From NCBI RefSeq assembly GCF_002868845.1, contig NZ_PKUB01000041.1:102710-166709 (forward strand): DNA of 64,000 nucleotides. Direction: 5' to 3'. A program made the translations under genes and the position numbers. The DNA comes from Desulfuromonas sp. (GTDB lineage: Bacteria; Desulfobacterota; Desulfuromonadia; Desulfuromonadales; BM501). This document shows, one piece after another, positions 46,690 to 57,700 of the stretch. The notes under the pieces are model-generated. The model was not told the DNA's origin. It worked only from the letters and a program-made list of their open reading frames with translations, and made no database searches. The stretch's first letter is position 1. Every line of letters begins with the position of its first letter.

Positions 46690-49188
46690 TTAAAAATCGA
46701 AGTCGCCAGCAAACGATCTTCTCATCAAATATTTGCTCGATTTGTACTCACTGAAATGTGAGGTTCCGGAAACGGATTCTTCCAGCCGCAGATAGACTTC
46801 CTGGCCATTCAGGTCATCAGCGCTGCGAGACAGCACAAATCTAACCCTCAGCTCCCGCTCGCGTGGATTGTCAGATACCAGGTCAAAGGTCAACTCATGC
46901 TGATCTGATATAAGTTCGCCTGCCTTTGAATAAATTCCGGCCCGAAGCAATCGGGCCTGCACCTTGTAACCGACCGCCTGGTCCTGATAGAAGGCTACGG
47001 ACAGTTGCCCGGTAGTAATCACTTCCGAAGATCCACGCAAAATATCGACCCCGACCAAGCTGATATCGCTGGTGCGTTTTTTATTGATCTGCACCACAGG
47101 AATCACCACCTCCTGCAATGAGGCCCCTCCGTGAACAAAGCGACTACCTGAGCCCTTGAGCCGCAGGCGGTTGATTGACTTGGGAATCTGAATTTCGATC
47201 TTCCCTTTGATCTGCAGGGTTTCAGATTTAAAAGTGGTCAATCCGGGCTGGTCCTGAAGTCCCTGCCCCAACACGAAGCGGCGGTCCCGGTAAAGAACTT
47301 TTTGCCCCTGAGCAGCTACGGTGGAAAAATCACTCTCATCAATCTCACGGTTCTGGTAGATGAAGCCATGATCGGCCGTCACCAAGAGGTTGCTGGCATT
47401 GGCCGCCGTTAGCTTCTTGATGATACGCATCAGCTCCTGCAAAGCCTCTTGGGCTGCTTCGAAAGTCCTCTCTTCGGATTCACGCGTATGCCCGGTCCCG
47501 TCGATAAGGTCATGATAGATATAGACGATATTCGTCGAGCGCAGAATGTCGCGGAACTCATCCCGCTGCATTTTCAGAAATTCATCCGCTTTCAATGCCC
47601 TGGCACCATCGGGATTGTTCTGCTGAAGAATCTTGTTTCGATTCACCAGACCCTGGGTGCTCATGCCATCAGCAAAAACCGTCCCACTTTCATCCTCTGC
47701 AACGGATAATTCCTTATGCGGCAGCAGCGCGGCCATTCCCAGTTGGGTGTAACTTGGCAGCATCGACAGTGCTGGCTCGATATTGGCTTCATAGCGATCT
47801 TCCTGCCGCACCAGCCCCAGTAGTTCCTCCCCTATTTCATAACGCATAGCGTCAGAAATAATAACGCAGACCTTACGATCCTTTTTCAGAAACGGGTCAA
47901 CCCATTTGCTGTAGAAGCTGTTTTGCAAGGGAATCGGCGAGGCATCACAGACCTTCAGATTATCGATACACTCCTGCCAAGCGTTGTTCAACTTGAGCAG
48001 ATAGGAATTTGAATAATGGTTTTCAATCAGGTCCACCAACGGACCGAGCAGGGTCGACTGACCAGACCTGCGCACGTGAAAAGTAAATTTACGGTAGAGC
48101 TGATCAATCCGATACCAGGTCCTGGCATAGCGCTGCACCCCTTCAGCCGGGGAATTAATCGTCAGGTCCATCTCGTTCAGTGAATTCAGAAACTGAGCGC
48201 CGGTCTCAAGAGCACCATAGATGTCCTGAAAACCGGTATACCAGTGACTCTGTCTCCTTTGACGTACGACCAGAGCACAGTCTCCAGCAGAAATAGCTTG
48301 TGCCGAAACTTCCTTGACCAGGTCACTGAGGATTTTCTTGTCAATCAGTTCGAAATAATCGAGTTCAACCAGTCGCTTGTAGTCCCGCTTTTGCAGATCC
48401 TTTTCAATATTCAGAATCCCGGCACAATCTGCAGATAGTGTCTCGAAATTCCCCTGGTGGCGGACATTGTCTTTCCAGCGCCTCAGGAAAACCAGTGCCT
48501 CGGTAGACAGCCGGGCCTCGCCGTCGGTCTGCATGGCGTAGCACGATTTGAACAGCTCAATGACAAAATCTCGGACGGTGGCCTTTTCAGGGGAATAACC
48601 ATAAAAGCGCTTGAGCTTCTCCCACAAAAACGGGCCCAGACCGCAGCGCTCAATCAGACGAATCTTTTCCTCTTTGCAGTCAGCCAACTCGGCCAAAAGG
48701 GTTTCGAGGATTTCATCCACGCGCGGCTCGGCAGCGGCACAAACTGCAAGCATCTTCAGGCGAAGCAAACCGGCGGTATCATCCTTTTTAAGCTTCTTGC
48801 CGAGGGATTCGCGACGCTTGGCCGCTTGAAAAAATTCGGCATGCTCCTGAGCCAACCCGCTGAACTCAGGGCCAAGCTCAAGCTCAGAGAGCCAGAGTCC
48901 GATTTGATCAGTACGAAATTCGCCATGAGCCAACTGCACATCCAACAGCCAGTTATGCAGATCCTCAGGTTGTGGCCCTTCCTTGTAGATGAGGAACTTC
49001 TGCTCCGGCTGCTCGCGAAGAATGCGGTATTTGACTGCGAACTCGTTATTGTAGAGAAAGACTTTTTCAATCCCCGGCAGTTCCAGTGCATCGAAGTCGG
49101 CACGCAGTTCCTTCTTTGTGTCGTACCAGAAGATGATACGATGACGATCAAAGTGCCGTTTCAATGCCGGAAGTATCTGTTCACTCAT
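46690..49188 (-). CDS. pglZ: BREX alkaline-phosphatase-superfamily protein PglZ
   Basis: 832 aa. The N-terminus RIIFWYD..ELRADFDAL and the PglZ core VCVIISDAMRYE..TADHGF are typical of type I BREX PglZ. Confidence 0.92.
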   Translation of the reverse strand: MSEQILPALKRHFDRHRIIFWYDTKKELRADFDALELPGIEKVFLYNNEFAVKYRILREQPEQKFLIYKEGPQPEDLHNWLLDVQLAHGEFRTDQIGLWLSELELGPEFSGLAQEHAEFFQAAKRRESLGKKLKKDDTAGLLRLKMLAVCAAAEPRVDEILETLLAELADCKEEKIRLIERCGLGPFLWEKLKRFYGYSPEKATVRDFVIELFKSCYAMQTDGEARLSTEALVFLRRWKDNVRHQGNFETLSADCAGILNIEKDLQKRDYKRLVELDYFELIDKKILSDLVKEVSAQAISAGDCALVVRQRRQSHWYTGFQDIYGALETGAQFLNSLNEMDLTINSPAEGVQRYARTWYRIDQLYRKFTFHVRRSGQSTLLGPLVDLIENHYSNSYLLKLNNAWQECIDNLKVCDASPIPLQNSFYSKWVDPFLKKDRKVCVIISDAMRYEIGEELLGLVRQEDRYEANIEPALSMLPSYTQLGMAALLPHKELSVAEDESGTVFADGMSTQGLVNRNKILQQNNPDGARALKADEFLKMQRDEFRDILRSTNIVYIYHDLIDGTGHTRESEERTFEAAQEALQELMRIIKKLTAANASNLLVTADHGFIYQNREIDESDFSTVAAQGQKVLYRDRRFVLGQGLQDQPGLTTFKSETLQIKGKIEIQIPKSINRLRLKGSGSRFVHGGASLQEVVIPVVQINKKRTSDISLVGVDILRGSSEVITTGQLSVAFYQDQAVGYKVQARLLRAGIYSKAGELISDQHELTFDLVSDNPRERELRVRFVLSRSADDLNGQEVYLRLEESVSGTSHFSEYKSSKYLMRRSFAGDFDF

Positions 49189-49214
49189 ATATCATCCCAG
49201 TTCGGTATCAATCA

Positions 49215-49799
49215 CTATGCAGTCAATCTCTCGATCAATCGGTAGACGGTCGTTCCGGAGTCGCGCGGCCAGTCCTGACAAGGAGGGGTGTCACGGCGAC
49301 GGGCGCGATCCACGGCATTGGCAATGCCGGAAGCAAATTGTTTTGCATCAAAAGCCCCCTTCTGATAACCGGGGATTTGTCTCAGGAGGCGTTCCACACA
49401 TTCCCGTGATGTTCGGACACCATTACCATCTTCAAAATGGAGCAGAAGCCAGAATTCAAACTGAGGGTTGCTTACGGCAAGCCCATAGTTTTCCTTCGTC
49501 TGTCCCCACTGATACAACTGCTGAAGCTGTAATTCAGTCCATTGGTCCGTATCGACCACCAGCCAAGCCTCATCTTCAGGGCGCAGCCCTTCTTTCCTGA
49601 GGTAAGCATCCATGCGTTTCAAGACCTGAGGCGGAGAGCTTTTATGTCCACCTTTCAGCAACTGTACATGGATTACCTTGTCACCATCTTCAAAGATTTT
49701 GAAATAGCGGGGCTCTGTCTCCGCCCCCTCGGTCGCCAGAACAAACATCCTCTTATAACGCCGCTCACCTAAAGGGCGCGAGAATCTACGCCTCGCCAA
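49215..49799 (-). CDS. RloB-like (Toprim-related) protein, partner of the upstream ATPase
   Basis: [21 protein letters not shown] and [15 protein letters not shown] match RloB-family motifs. A TTG at 49799 lies 7 nt after AAGGAGG and overlaps the ATPase stop. Alternative starts are 49847 and 49748. Confidence 0.8.
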   Translation of the reverse strand: MARRRFSRPLGERRYKRMFVLATEGAETEPRYFKIFEDGDKVIHVQLLKGGHKSSPPQVLKRMDAYLRKEGLRPEDEAWLVVDTDQWTELQLQQLYQWGQTKENYGLAVSNPQFEFWLLLHFEDGNGVRTSRECVERLLRQIPGYQKGAFDAKQFASGIANAVDRARRRDTPPCQDWPRDSGTTVYRLIERLTA

Positions 49800-51141
49800 C
49801 AGCCGCCTCCTTTTCAGGTAAGTCCAAGTCTCCGTTGGCCAGCGCACCAGAGATCAAAAGACGTGGAACACCGCCAAGCCTTCCCTGCAGATAACTCTTG
49901 CGAATGTCCTTGTCGCTACGCACATCTTTATATTCACTGAAGGAAAGGAGTGATGAGCCGCCATCTGCATCGCGTTCAGCAATCCACATTTCATCTCTGC
50001 GGAGAATATCCTGATCCATTAATAGTACGTCGTGGGTGGTCAGCAGAAGTTGTGAACGGCTATCGGCGGAGCAGGCAGACAGATAGCCCTGAAGCAATTG
50101 CCGGGTCAAAAGAGTATGAAGGCTGCGATCGACCTCATCAATGACATAAACCTGTGTTGACTTTCGAGAAGACATCTCAAGAAAGGCCGGCAGTAAATCA
50201 ATAACCCGCTTGGAACCATCAGACTCTTGTCCCATTTCAAATTTGACCAGTTCTCCACCACGGTTTTCGTGATAGGTCACCAACTTCCGGGCGACGATTT
50301 CGCCTTTCTTGCGAGTAAAAACATACCGCTCATGAAAAGGCGACATCACCCGTAATGTCATCCCATCTTTCAGTGAAGCTTGTAACTTGGTGCGAATTTC
50401 TTCGGGCAATGCGAGGTTGTCAAAGCTGACGTCTTCGCCACCCAACTGAGCGATGCCAGTGTCTAGCAAACCAAGACACTTGTTCATCGTTTCATACAGC
50501 GGACTGTCTTCCTGGAGAAACTGTTCAAAGGGTTCGAATCGCGTATCCGGCGCAATCAGCACAAGATCGTTCTTGAACCAGTCATAAACCGGCTTGAAAT
50601 TCTCAACCTTCTGCTGAACGGCATTGGTCAGAAAGAGTTGGTTCTCACGCGTTCCTTTGAAGGCAAAATGGAGGAATTGATCTTCATTCAGCGTAGGGTT
50701 AAATCTGATTTCATCCAACTCGCGAACAAACAGTTCTTTTTCTGTTGTGGGTCGCACCTCGACCAAGCGTTCTTCAAACACTCGTTCCTGGCTAACCGCA
50801 AACCCGTACTCATAAATGGTTTCGTCAACCAGCAGTTCAAATTTAAAATAGGTTGCTTTCTTTGCATCGCCGGCATCAAGTCGAAAAGACTCCACCGGAA
50901 TCAGTTCGTCTGGTCGCGTACCATCAACTATTAGGTTTTTTGCGAAATTGAGTGCGGCAAAAAAGTTGGTTTTTCCCGAGGCGTTACCACCGTAGATAGC
51001 GGCGACAGGTAACAGCCGCAGTTTGTAGCGTTCGATTCGCGCAAGTCGGTCACCATGCTGCTTTTCGCGGCTGGCCACCATGCTGAACTCAGCCTGTTGA
51101 CGGAACGAACGCCAATTATTTAAAGTGAAATTGATGAGCAT
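49786..51141 (-). CDS. AAA/ABC-type ATPase (AAA_21/RloA/AbiLi-like)
   Basis: 451 aa. [14 protein letters not shown]..., Walker [10 protein letters not shown], Walker [13 protein letters not shown], and LLLTTHD. Confidence 0.85.
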   Translation of the reverse strand: MLINFTLNNWRSFRQQAEFSMVASREKQHGDRLARIERYKLRLLPVAAIYGGNASGKTNFFAALNFAKNLIVDGTRPDELIPVESFRLDAGDAKKATYFKFELLVDETIYEYGFAVSQERVFEERLVEVRPTTEKELFVRELDEIRFNPTLNEDQFLHFAFKGTRENQLFLTNAVQQKVENFKPVYDWFKNDLVLIAPDTRFEPFEQFLQEDSPLYETMNKCLGLLDTGIAQLGGEDVSFDNLALPEEIRTKLQASLKDGMTLRVMSPFHERYVFTRKKGEIVARKLVTYHENRGGELVKFEMGQESDGSKRVIDLLPAFLEMSSRKSTQVYVIDEVDRSLHTLLTRQLLQGYLSACSADSRSQLLLTTHDVLLMDQDILRRDEMWIAERDADGGSSLLSFSEYKDVRSDKDIRKSYLQGRLGGVPRLLISGALANGDLDLPEKEAAVGEA

Positions 51142-51213
51142 GCCTTGTCTCCTTGAGAGAAATTTTCCCCTAATGGAGATAGAGTAGCATATTTGTAGAT
51201 TTTATTACATTTT

Positions 51214-54200
51214 TTAAGTGATTTTATCTCTCAAGTATCGGCTCAGCCCAGTCACCTTCTTCAGCGCGTCATCGAATTTCGGGTAATTCACTTTAACGCC
51301 GTCATCGAGGTCAATTTCGATTTGTCTGGTTGCCAGGGGATAAAGAACTTCCCGCTCGTAGTCTTCGAGTTCGTCGATGATCTTTTTGAGTTTTTCGATA
51401 TCTTTGAGAGCCAGGGTTTTTTCACCCTGAGTGGCGGAGACGCTGATGCTGACCCCCTGAAGGTGCTCAAGTCGCGATTCAAGCTTGGTGCGGAACTCGC
51501 GCAGGTAGTCGTTAAGCACAACGCTGACCGTATCCGGGCGGTAGCGGTGCATGTAGATCAGCGCATTGAAGCTCCCCTTGGTGCTACTGAACAGCCAATA
51601 GATGGGACGCTTCTTGTAGCGCTTAATGTGATCATTGTAGAAATCCTTGAGAAAATACTTGCGGACATCTTTGCCCAGCGCTTTTTCAACAAACTTGAGG
51701 TTGTCTTCATAATGCTCCACGCCAAAGGTGATACGCAGGAACGTGCGAAAACGGTCAGAGATGTCGTCAGTAAACCAGTCGCCATCAAGCATGGGGATGA
51801 CGTTGTCGTCATCCGCCGGGAAGCTCGCTTCGGGTACCCGCTTCAGATAGTCCTCGATGGTCTCGCCCTGGTTGGCCAAGATCAGACCCGGCTTTTCCAG
51901 TGTGTATCGGCCGAACATGCAGCCCACGGCGTAGGAGATCAGCTCGCGCATGGTGTCGGCCAGCAACAGCGCCTCCAGCTCTTTTTCATTTTTGCCGTTG
52001 CCATAACGGTAGTGCGGGTTGCAGGTCAGGGTGATTTCGTTGAGTGGTACCTCGGGCGTCAACTCAGCCTGCAGGCCGTAGGCTTCGATGAAGATGCGGT
52101 TATTATCTTCCTCCAGTCGCTCCATTTCCAGCGTCATCTCCTTCCATTGGGCTCGGAGCTTCAGGTAAGTGGCCTTCAGGGTAGTTTGCCGATAGTCGCA
52201 CTGCAATAGCGGTAGGCTCGTGAAGTCACATGAGTTTTCGTATGCATTCCAATCAATTTGATGAACCTTAATGGCTTCACCACTTGCATGCTTCGTCGCT
52301 TTGCTATCAGGCTGCAAAATCGGCATCTTCGCCATAACACCAACTTCGAAATTCAGTGTCGGCGACAAAAACTGAAGAAAAGAAAGCGCAACCTTTGAAT
52401 TTGAAAAACATAAAACCGTATCCTGTAGCCCTGACTCGTCATAAAAGCACGGCCCGGCATCCCCTGGAATGATTCCATCGGGAAACCATCTAAAACTGCA
52501 TCTGCCGCTACTGACTTTGGGCCAAGTAACAGCTTCTTTGAAATATAGATGTTCACTAGGGATGATTGCTTTTCCTGTTGCTTTTATCTCGTCACCATCA
52601 TTTCCCCAATTTACAACATCTCCAATGTTTCCATACCACTTCCGAAATGTACCGCCTGAGTTAAAGAAGAACCATTTAAAACCACTGCTGCCCGCCTCTA
52701 TTTTTTCAAGGTTTCGACCAATACGCTCCAATGAAACTTCATGCCAGCAGCGAATGAATCTCCCAGCATCTCCGGTTTGAAGTCCACGTCTCGTCTTTCC
52801 AATTCCATCAAAAGACTGAGCAGAGGAAAAAATGGAGGCAATTTTCTTGCTAACCCAATATGCTATCGGGCTCCCAGGAATTTTCTTGAAATCAGCGGCA
52901 GAGGCGAGGTAGAGCAGCCCACAATCCGGATTTTTGATAGCGTTTCGAATAGATTCTTCTTTTTCTGCTTCGGAGTCACCATCAACCAGCCTTAAATAAC
53001 GTCCCTTGTATTCAAGCCTGTTCGCATTTTCCAGAACAAAAGCGGTAGTCGATACCACCTCACCACCGATGCTATCAAACGCTCTTGCCCCTAGGTGTGC
53101 CATTGACAACAGTGTGTCCTGACTAAGAAGTCGTGCTCTAAGGCCCTCGAAGGACGACAAGAACATCCAACTTTGCATCGTAATCATAGCAACAGAACCT
53201 TGTTTTTTAGCTAGGTCGAGATTGCGCTCAATGAACATAGCAAACAGGTCTGATTTACTGTTCGGATAGTTATTCTTGGCCCAGGCACTTAAACGGCCAT
53301 TCATCCCTTTACCACCCATATACGGCGGGTTGGCAACCACCACATGATATTGGGGGCAGAGGTATTCGGTCTGCCGCAGAGCTTGCAGCATCTTCTGGTG
53401 TGTCATGCTTATAAACAGATGCCCGGAGACGTCCTTCGACTCCAGAATCTTCAGCATCCCCTCCACGGCAGTGATATCCGGACGGATCAAAGATCCGAAG
53501 TTATCGGCTTCTTCAAACTGTCGTAAAGTGGTCTGCAGTGGCGATGTGAACAGGTCGCGCCCGATGAAATCCATGTACTCCTTGAGTTCACCTTCGGCAA
53601 ACTCGATCTTCCGTAACACACAGATATTGGGCTGCACAGGCTTGCGAAAAAAGCGCCGCTGCTTTGCGCGGGCCTTCATGGTCAAAGCAAAGGCGGCCAG
53701 TTCTCCGGCGCGTTCGTCAATTTCGATGCCATAGAGGTTGTGTGTCAGAATCTTTGTCGGGATCTCGGCGGACTCATAGCCCTCCTCCTCGTAGATGGCA
53801 TACAGCAGGTCAAAGGCATAGGTGAGCATGTGTCCCGAACCGCATGCCGGGTCGCAGACTTTGATCTCTTCCGGCTTACCGATGCGCAGGAAATCGGCCT
53901 CGGCCTGCTCAGGTTTGATGTAGTAATCCATCCGCTCAATCAGCTTTGAACTTGGGCGATTGAGCAGCCACAGGCGGCCGAGGGAGTTTTCCACTAGATA
54001 GCGCACGATCCAGTGCGGCGTGAAGAGCTGGGTGGCGGCCGGAATATTCTCGGGTGTGATCTTCTTGTTTTTATTCAGCCCATCGAACACCTCGTCCTTC
54101 TTCTCAGAGATGTAGAACTGGTAGAGCCAGCCGATGACCTCGACATCCTGGCAGGCGTCGATGGTTAGGGTTTCACGCACAGAGGTGAGAATCGACGCTT

Positions 54201-54723
54201 CGGAAAGAAGGTCATCCGGCATCAATAGCTCGGTGAAGTGAGCGATCCGTTCAAACAGAAATGGCATGCTGCCATGGTAGCTGTTGCAGACCGCGACCAG
54301 CAGCAACAGATAGGCCTCCTGCTGCGGGTCTGAGGAGGGCAATTTTCCGCTCAACAGATCGAAGACCTTCTGTCGGTCAAGGTTGGCTTCCAAGCTCTCT
54401 TCAATAACCCCCTGCTTGGCTTCCAACAAAATCTCGGGCTGGGTATTCCCCACCGCAGGTGAGACGGCACCGATGCGGGTATAGCCGTTGGCATCCATGA
54501 AGCGCAACGCACAGAAACGGTTGAACCAGATATAAGCAACCTGATCAATGACCGCGCTCTTCGAGGTGTCGGCGATAAGCTTTTTCAGATCCTCCAGCGC
54601 CTTGCCCTTTTCGCGTAACTCGGCCGAGTCGGTGGAGATAACCTTTTCGAGCTTGGTGGCAACCTGCTCGCGCAACTGGCGACGAGCGGCCTGGGCGAAT
54701 CTTTTCAATGCTCCTGTATTCAT
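51214..54723 (-). CDS. pglX: BREX N6-adenine DNA methyltransferase PglX
   Basis: 1169 aa. SAM motif VCDPACGSGHML and catalytic VVANPPYMGGKG. The size and position after brxC are typical of type I BREX. Confidence 0.93.
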   Translation of the reverse strand: MNTGALKRFAQAARRQLREQVATKLEKVISTDSAELREKGKALEDLKKLIADTSKSAVIDQVAYIWFNRFCALRFMDANGYTRIGAVSPAVGNTQPEILLEAKQGVIEESLEANLDRQKVFDLLSGKLPSSDPQQEAYLLLLVAVCNSYHGSMPFLFERIAHFTELLMPDDLLSEASILTSVRETLTIDACQDVEVIGWLYQFYISEKKDEVFDGLNKNKKITPENIPAATQLFTPHWIVRYLVENSLGRLWLLNRPSSKLIERMDYYIKPEQAEADFLRIGKPEEIKVCDPACGSGHMLTYAFDLLYAIYEEEGYESAEIPTKILTHNLYGIEIDERAGELAAFALTMKARAKQRRFFRKPVQPNICVLRKIEFAEGELKEYMDFIGRDLFTSPLQTTLRQFEEADNFGSLIRPDITAVEGMLKILESKDVSGHLFISMTHQKMLQALRQTEYLCPQYHVVVANPPYMGGKGMNGRLSAWAKNNYPNSKSDLFAMFIERNLDLAKKQGSVAMITMQSWMFLSSFEGLRARLLSQDTLLSMAHLGARAFDSIGGEVVSTTAFVLENANRLEYKGRYLRLVDGDSEAEKEESIRNAIKNPDCGLLYLASAADFKKIPGSPIAYWVSKKIASIFSSAQSFDGIGKTRRGLQTGDAGRFIRCWHEVSLERIGRNLEKIEAGSSGFKWFFFNSGGTFRKWYGNIGDVVNWGNDGDEIKATGKAIIPSEHLYFKEAVTWPKVSSGRCSFRWFPDGIIPGDAGPCFYDESGLQDTVLCFSNSKVALSFLQFLSPTLNFEVGVMAKMPILQPDSKATKHASGEAIKVHQIDWNAYENSCDFTSLPLLQCDYRQTTLKATYLKLRAQWKEMTLEMERLEEDNNRIFIEAYGLQAELTPEVPLNEITLTCNPHYRYGNGKNEKELEALLLADTMRELISYAVGCMFGRYTLEKPGLILANQGETIEDYLKRVPEASFPADDDNVIPMLDGDWFTDDISDRFRTFLRITFGVEHYEDNLKFVEKALGKDVRKYFLKDFYNDHIKRYKKRPIYWLFSSTKGSFNALIYMHRYRPDTVSVVLNDYLREFRTKLESRLEHLQGVSISVSATQGEKTLALKDIEKLKKIIDELEDYEREVLYPLATRQIEIDLDDGVKVNYPKFDDALKKVTGLSRYLRDKIT

Positions 54724-54765
54724 AGCAATTCAATACTCCGTAGAACAAACTGGCTCGGATGCCAA

Positions 54766-57700
54766 TTAAATGGTGACACGCTTACCAGCCTCTATTTCCT
54801 GCAGCAGAACTTTGCGGAATGCATCAAGATATTCTTCGACATCTTGAGAATCGCTCAGACAGCTTTTAGCGAAACAGATCGGCAGGGTGCTGCTGGACAC
54901 AAACTGCACCGGTGGCGGCTCCTTAACACCCGGTTGTTCGTCGTCGTGTTCGCCGGTCTCCTCGTACTCGCCCGCTGGCTGGGGAGGTTCAAGGAAGGTT
55001 GTCATCCGGTTGAGTAGTTGAGGATAGGTAACGGTTTTGAAGCGGCTTGCGCTTTCACGCAGAACGGCGATCAGCGGCTGACCTTCGCTATCGCGGAGAA
55101 AGGTCTCGAACGGCTGGCCCAGTTGCTGCTGCTGATCTTCGCTCAACTGCCGGTACTCGGACATGGCCTCAAGCTGATCACGCAGACCCTGAACCGTTTC
55201 CATCGCCCTGTTACGCTCTTCCTGAACCTGGGCGAAGATTTCCTGCCCAAGGGACTCAACCTGCGTTTTGACCTGCTGGATGGTATTCCCCTTGTAACAG
55301 TCAGAGCTTTCCAGCAGCTCGCGAATTTTCTGCCCCTTGTCACCACCGACGTAGGCGAAATTAGCTTCTTGAGCCTGCAGAAACTGCCGAGCCTGGTTGT
55401 ACAGTTCCTTTTTAGAACCACTCATGAACTGGCGGATCGGATCGAGCACCTGCTCCTTCAGGTCGAGAAGGGAGTCCTCGACTTTGCCGAGATCGGCCAG
55501 ATAGAAGGTATAGGGTTTGCCGGCAATCTCCTGAATGCGTTCACGGGGTTCACCAAGCGCGGCCAGGAAGGGATACTCCTTAATATGGCTTGCGAGCTGA
55601 GCAAGCTCCGTCTGCAGTTTCTGAAAAGCTTCGCCGGTCTCCTTGGCTAGAGCCTTGGCCTCGCCGCTCGTTGCAGGGGAATCGAAGAAATCGGAGAAGA
55701 AATCCTTGAGTAGGCGCACCTGACCGGCACTGAATGCGAGCTGTGGTGTGATCAATACCTGAGGATATCCGTGACTGTTTTTCAGCGCCCGCTCCAGGGT
55801 GGCATCTTCAAGAACGTCGCTGTCATTTCTTACTTCGATCTTGCCACGGGCGGAAAGCTTGGCGGTAATGCAGAGAATAGAAGCCTGGTACCAGCCGTAA
55901 GGTTTTTTCTCGAAACGTTCGATCAAAGACTTGAGGCTGGTACGAACACCACCCTGGTTGTTGGTCTGAATGAAAGCAAGGATCTCCTGCTCGGCCTCAC
56001 TAACCGTCGCTTTGTCATCGGCGAACAGACCGGCTTCCCCCTGCTGTAGAAAACCGTTGATATCACTTTCAGAATAAGTCACACCACGCAGCATGCGCAG
56101 GTTGGGATAAACCGCCTGGATCAGGCGGTAGAATCCTTTGGTGATACGCCCGATCGGTTCTTCGCCCCCCTGTTCGATCTCTTCTCCGTTCACAAAAAGG
56201 CGTGCTTTTCCAAGCTGGGTTTTAACGCGCTGCTGCAGATCGCGATAGCGCTCCTGGTTCTGGAATGACTTCTCGGTCAGAATCTTCTTGATGGCGTCCT
56301 GCTGGGTGACCGAGACATTCTGGCGCACGTACTTTTCGGTGCGCTTGTACATCATCAGGTCGCGGATCAGACGTTCGTCCGGATTCATGACAACCAGAAG
56401 TTCATCTCGTCCCATGGACTGCATGCGCACGATCTCTTCTTTGCCTGCATGGTCATGGAAAGGGCTGATGACATGGATTCCTAGCTCCGACTCGCGGCCG
56501 TGGAGCTGGTCATCCAGTTTGCGAGAGAACGCATAGTCCTGACCATTGTCGTCATACCGAATCTTTTTACTTCTGAGAACCTGGTCGAAGACAACCTTGG
56601 CGAGTTCACCGGCAATATCCGCTGGCTCAACTGCGGTGTTCTTGATCTCCTGCTCGACATCCTTTTCATCATCAGTCAGGAATTCGTACTCTTCACCGTT
56701 GCGTTGAATATAGGTCTGTTGCTCAAGAAGATTTAAGGCCCCTTCGACCTCTTTGCGCAGGTCGGACAGGTCGCGGTCGAAGCTGTCGAGCATCAGAACA
56801 CAAAGGTTGCGGATGGTGGCCTTGTAATCCTTGACGTATTTGACCAGAAAGAGTGCTTTGAGCAACTTGATCGCGAACTGATTGTCGAGGTTTTTCTCGG
56901 CGATAATGACCGCCTGCTGGATCTGCGATTTGATCGATGAGCGCAGGCCCTCGAACATGAGATCGAAAGTGGCCAGATCGCCGACGCCGCAGTAGGATAT
57001 ATGTACGGCCACCTGCTGAAAGACCCCCAGCATCGACCGTTCGCCGACCGAGCTGTGCTTGCCTTCAAAGGCACTGTGATTTGACAAGCTCTGGATAGCG
57101 ACCTGAAAAAGGGTGAACTGGTAGGGAATAAAAGGATAGCAACGAATGAAATGCTCACGATCCTTGAAATTCTTATAGTGCTTGGCCCCATCGGCAAAGT
57201 CGAACAGGGTCTTGAGATTGTTTTCCTGCTGATGATAAAGGTCTGAGAGCAAGCCAACGCCCGCCTCGTTTTTCAGCAGCAGCCGCTTCTGAATCACTTC
57301 ATCGACATTGGCACTGGTCAGACTCATCTTGGTAGCGAAACGCGCCATGATCTTGGAAAAATCGTTCCCCTGCTGCTGGCCCATTTCACCGACCACCGCA
57401 TCCATATCCTGCTGTGCGGTGACGATGATCCAGGCACGGCCACGGCTCTTGGTCGCCAGACTTTCGGCAATGGTCTGAAGGTTGGTCATCAGCTTGGTGT
57501 TTTCGGCGATATACTGCCCGACTTCGTCGACGAAGAAATTGAGCCGAAAATCCTTCCCTTGCCGATTGACGTAATCGTTGACCTGTTCGGCGAAATCCTC
57601 AATGGATACCTTGTAGTCAGCCTTGTACTTGGACAGGACACCAATAGTGTTCTGGCCTGTAGCTTTGCCGTAGGCCTGATCCGTCGCCTCGGAAAAGCGC

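Noticed and set aside
49215-51141. Calling the ATPase + Toprim-like pair PARIS (AriA/AriB).
   Set aside because: The second protein shows RloB-type motifs (EGxxTE..., SNPxFExWlllHF) rather than what I recall for DUF4435/AriB. AbiL-like/RloAB-like is the safer label until profile searches are run.
51322-52209. Long antisense ORFs inside the BREX genes: 51322..52209 (295 aa), 48457..49245 (262 aa), 55018..55650 (210 aa) and 57559..58074 (171 aa). This is surprising in about 48% GC DNA.
   Set aside because: Each is exactly codon-aligned with the sense gene: its offset from the sense stop is a multiple of 3. They therefore only require the sense genes to avoid TTA, CTA and TCA codons. Codon usage explains them, and they have no SD or recognisable motifs.
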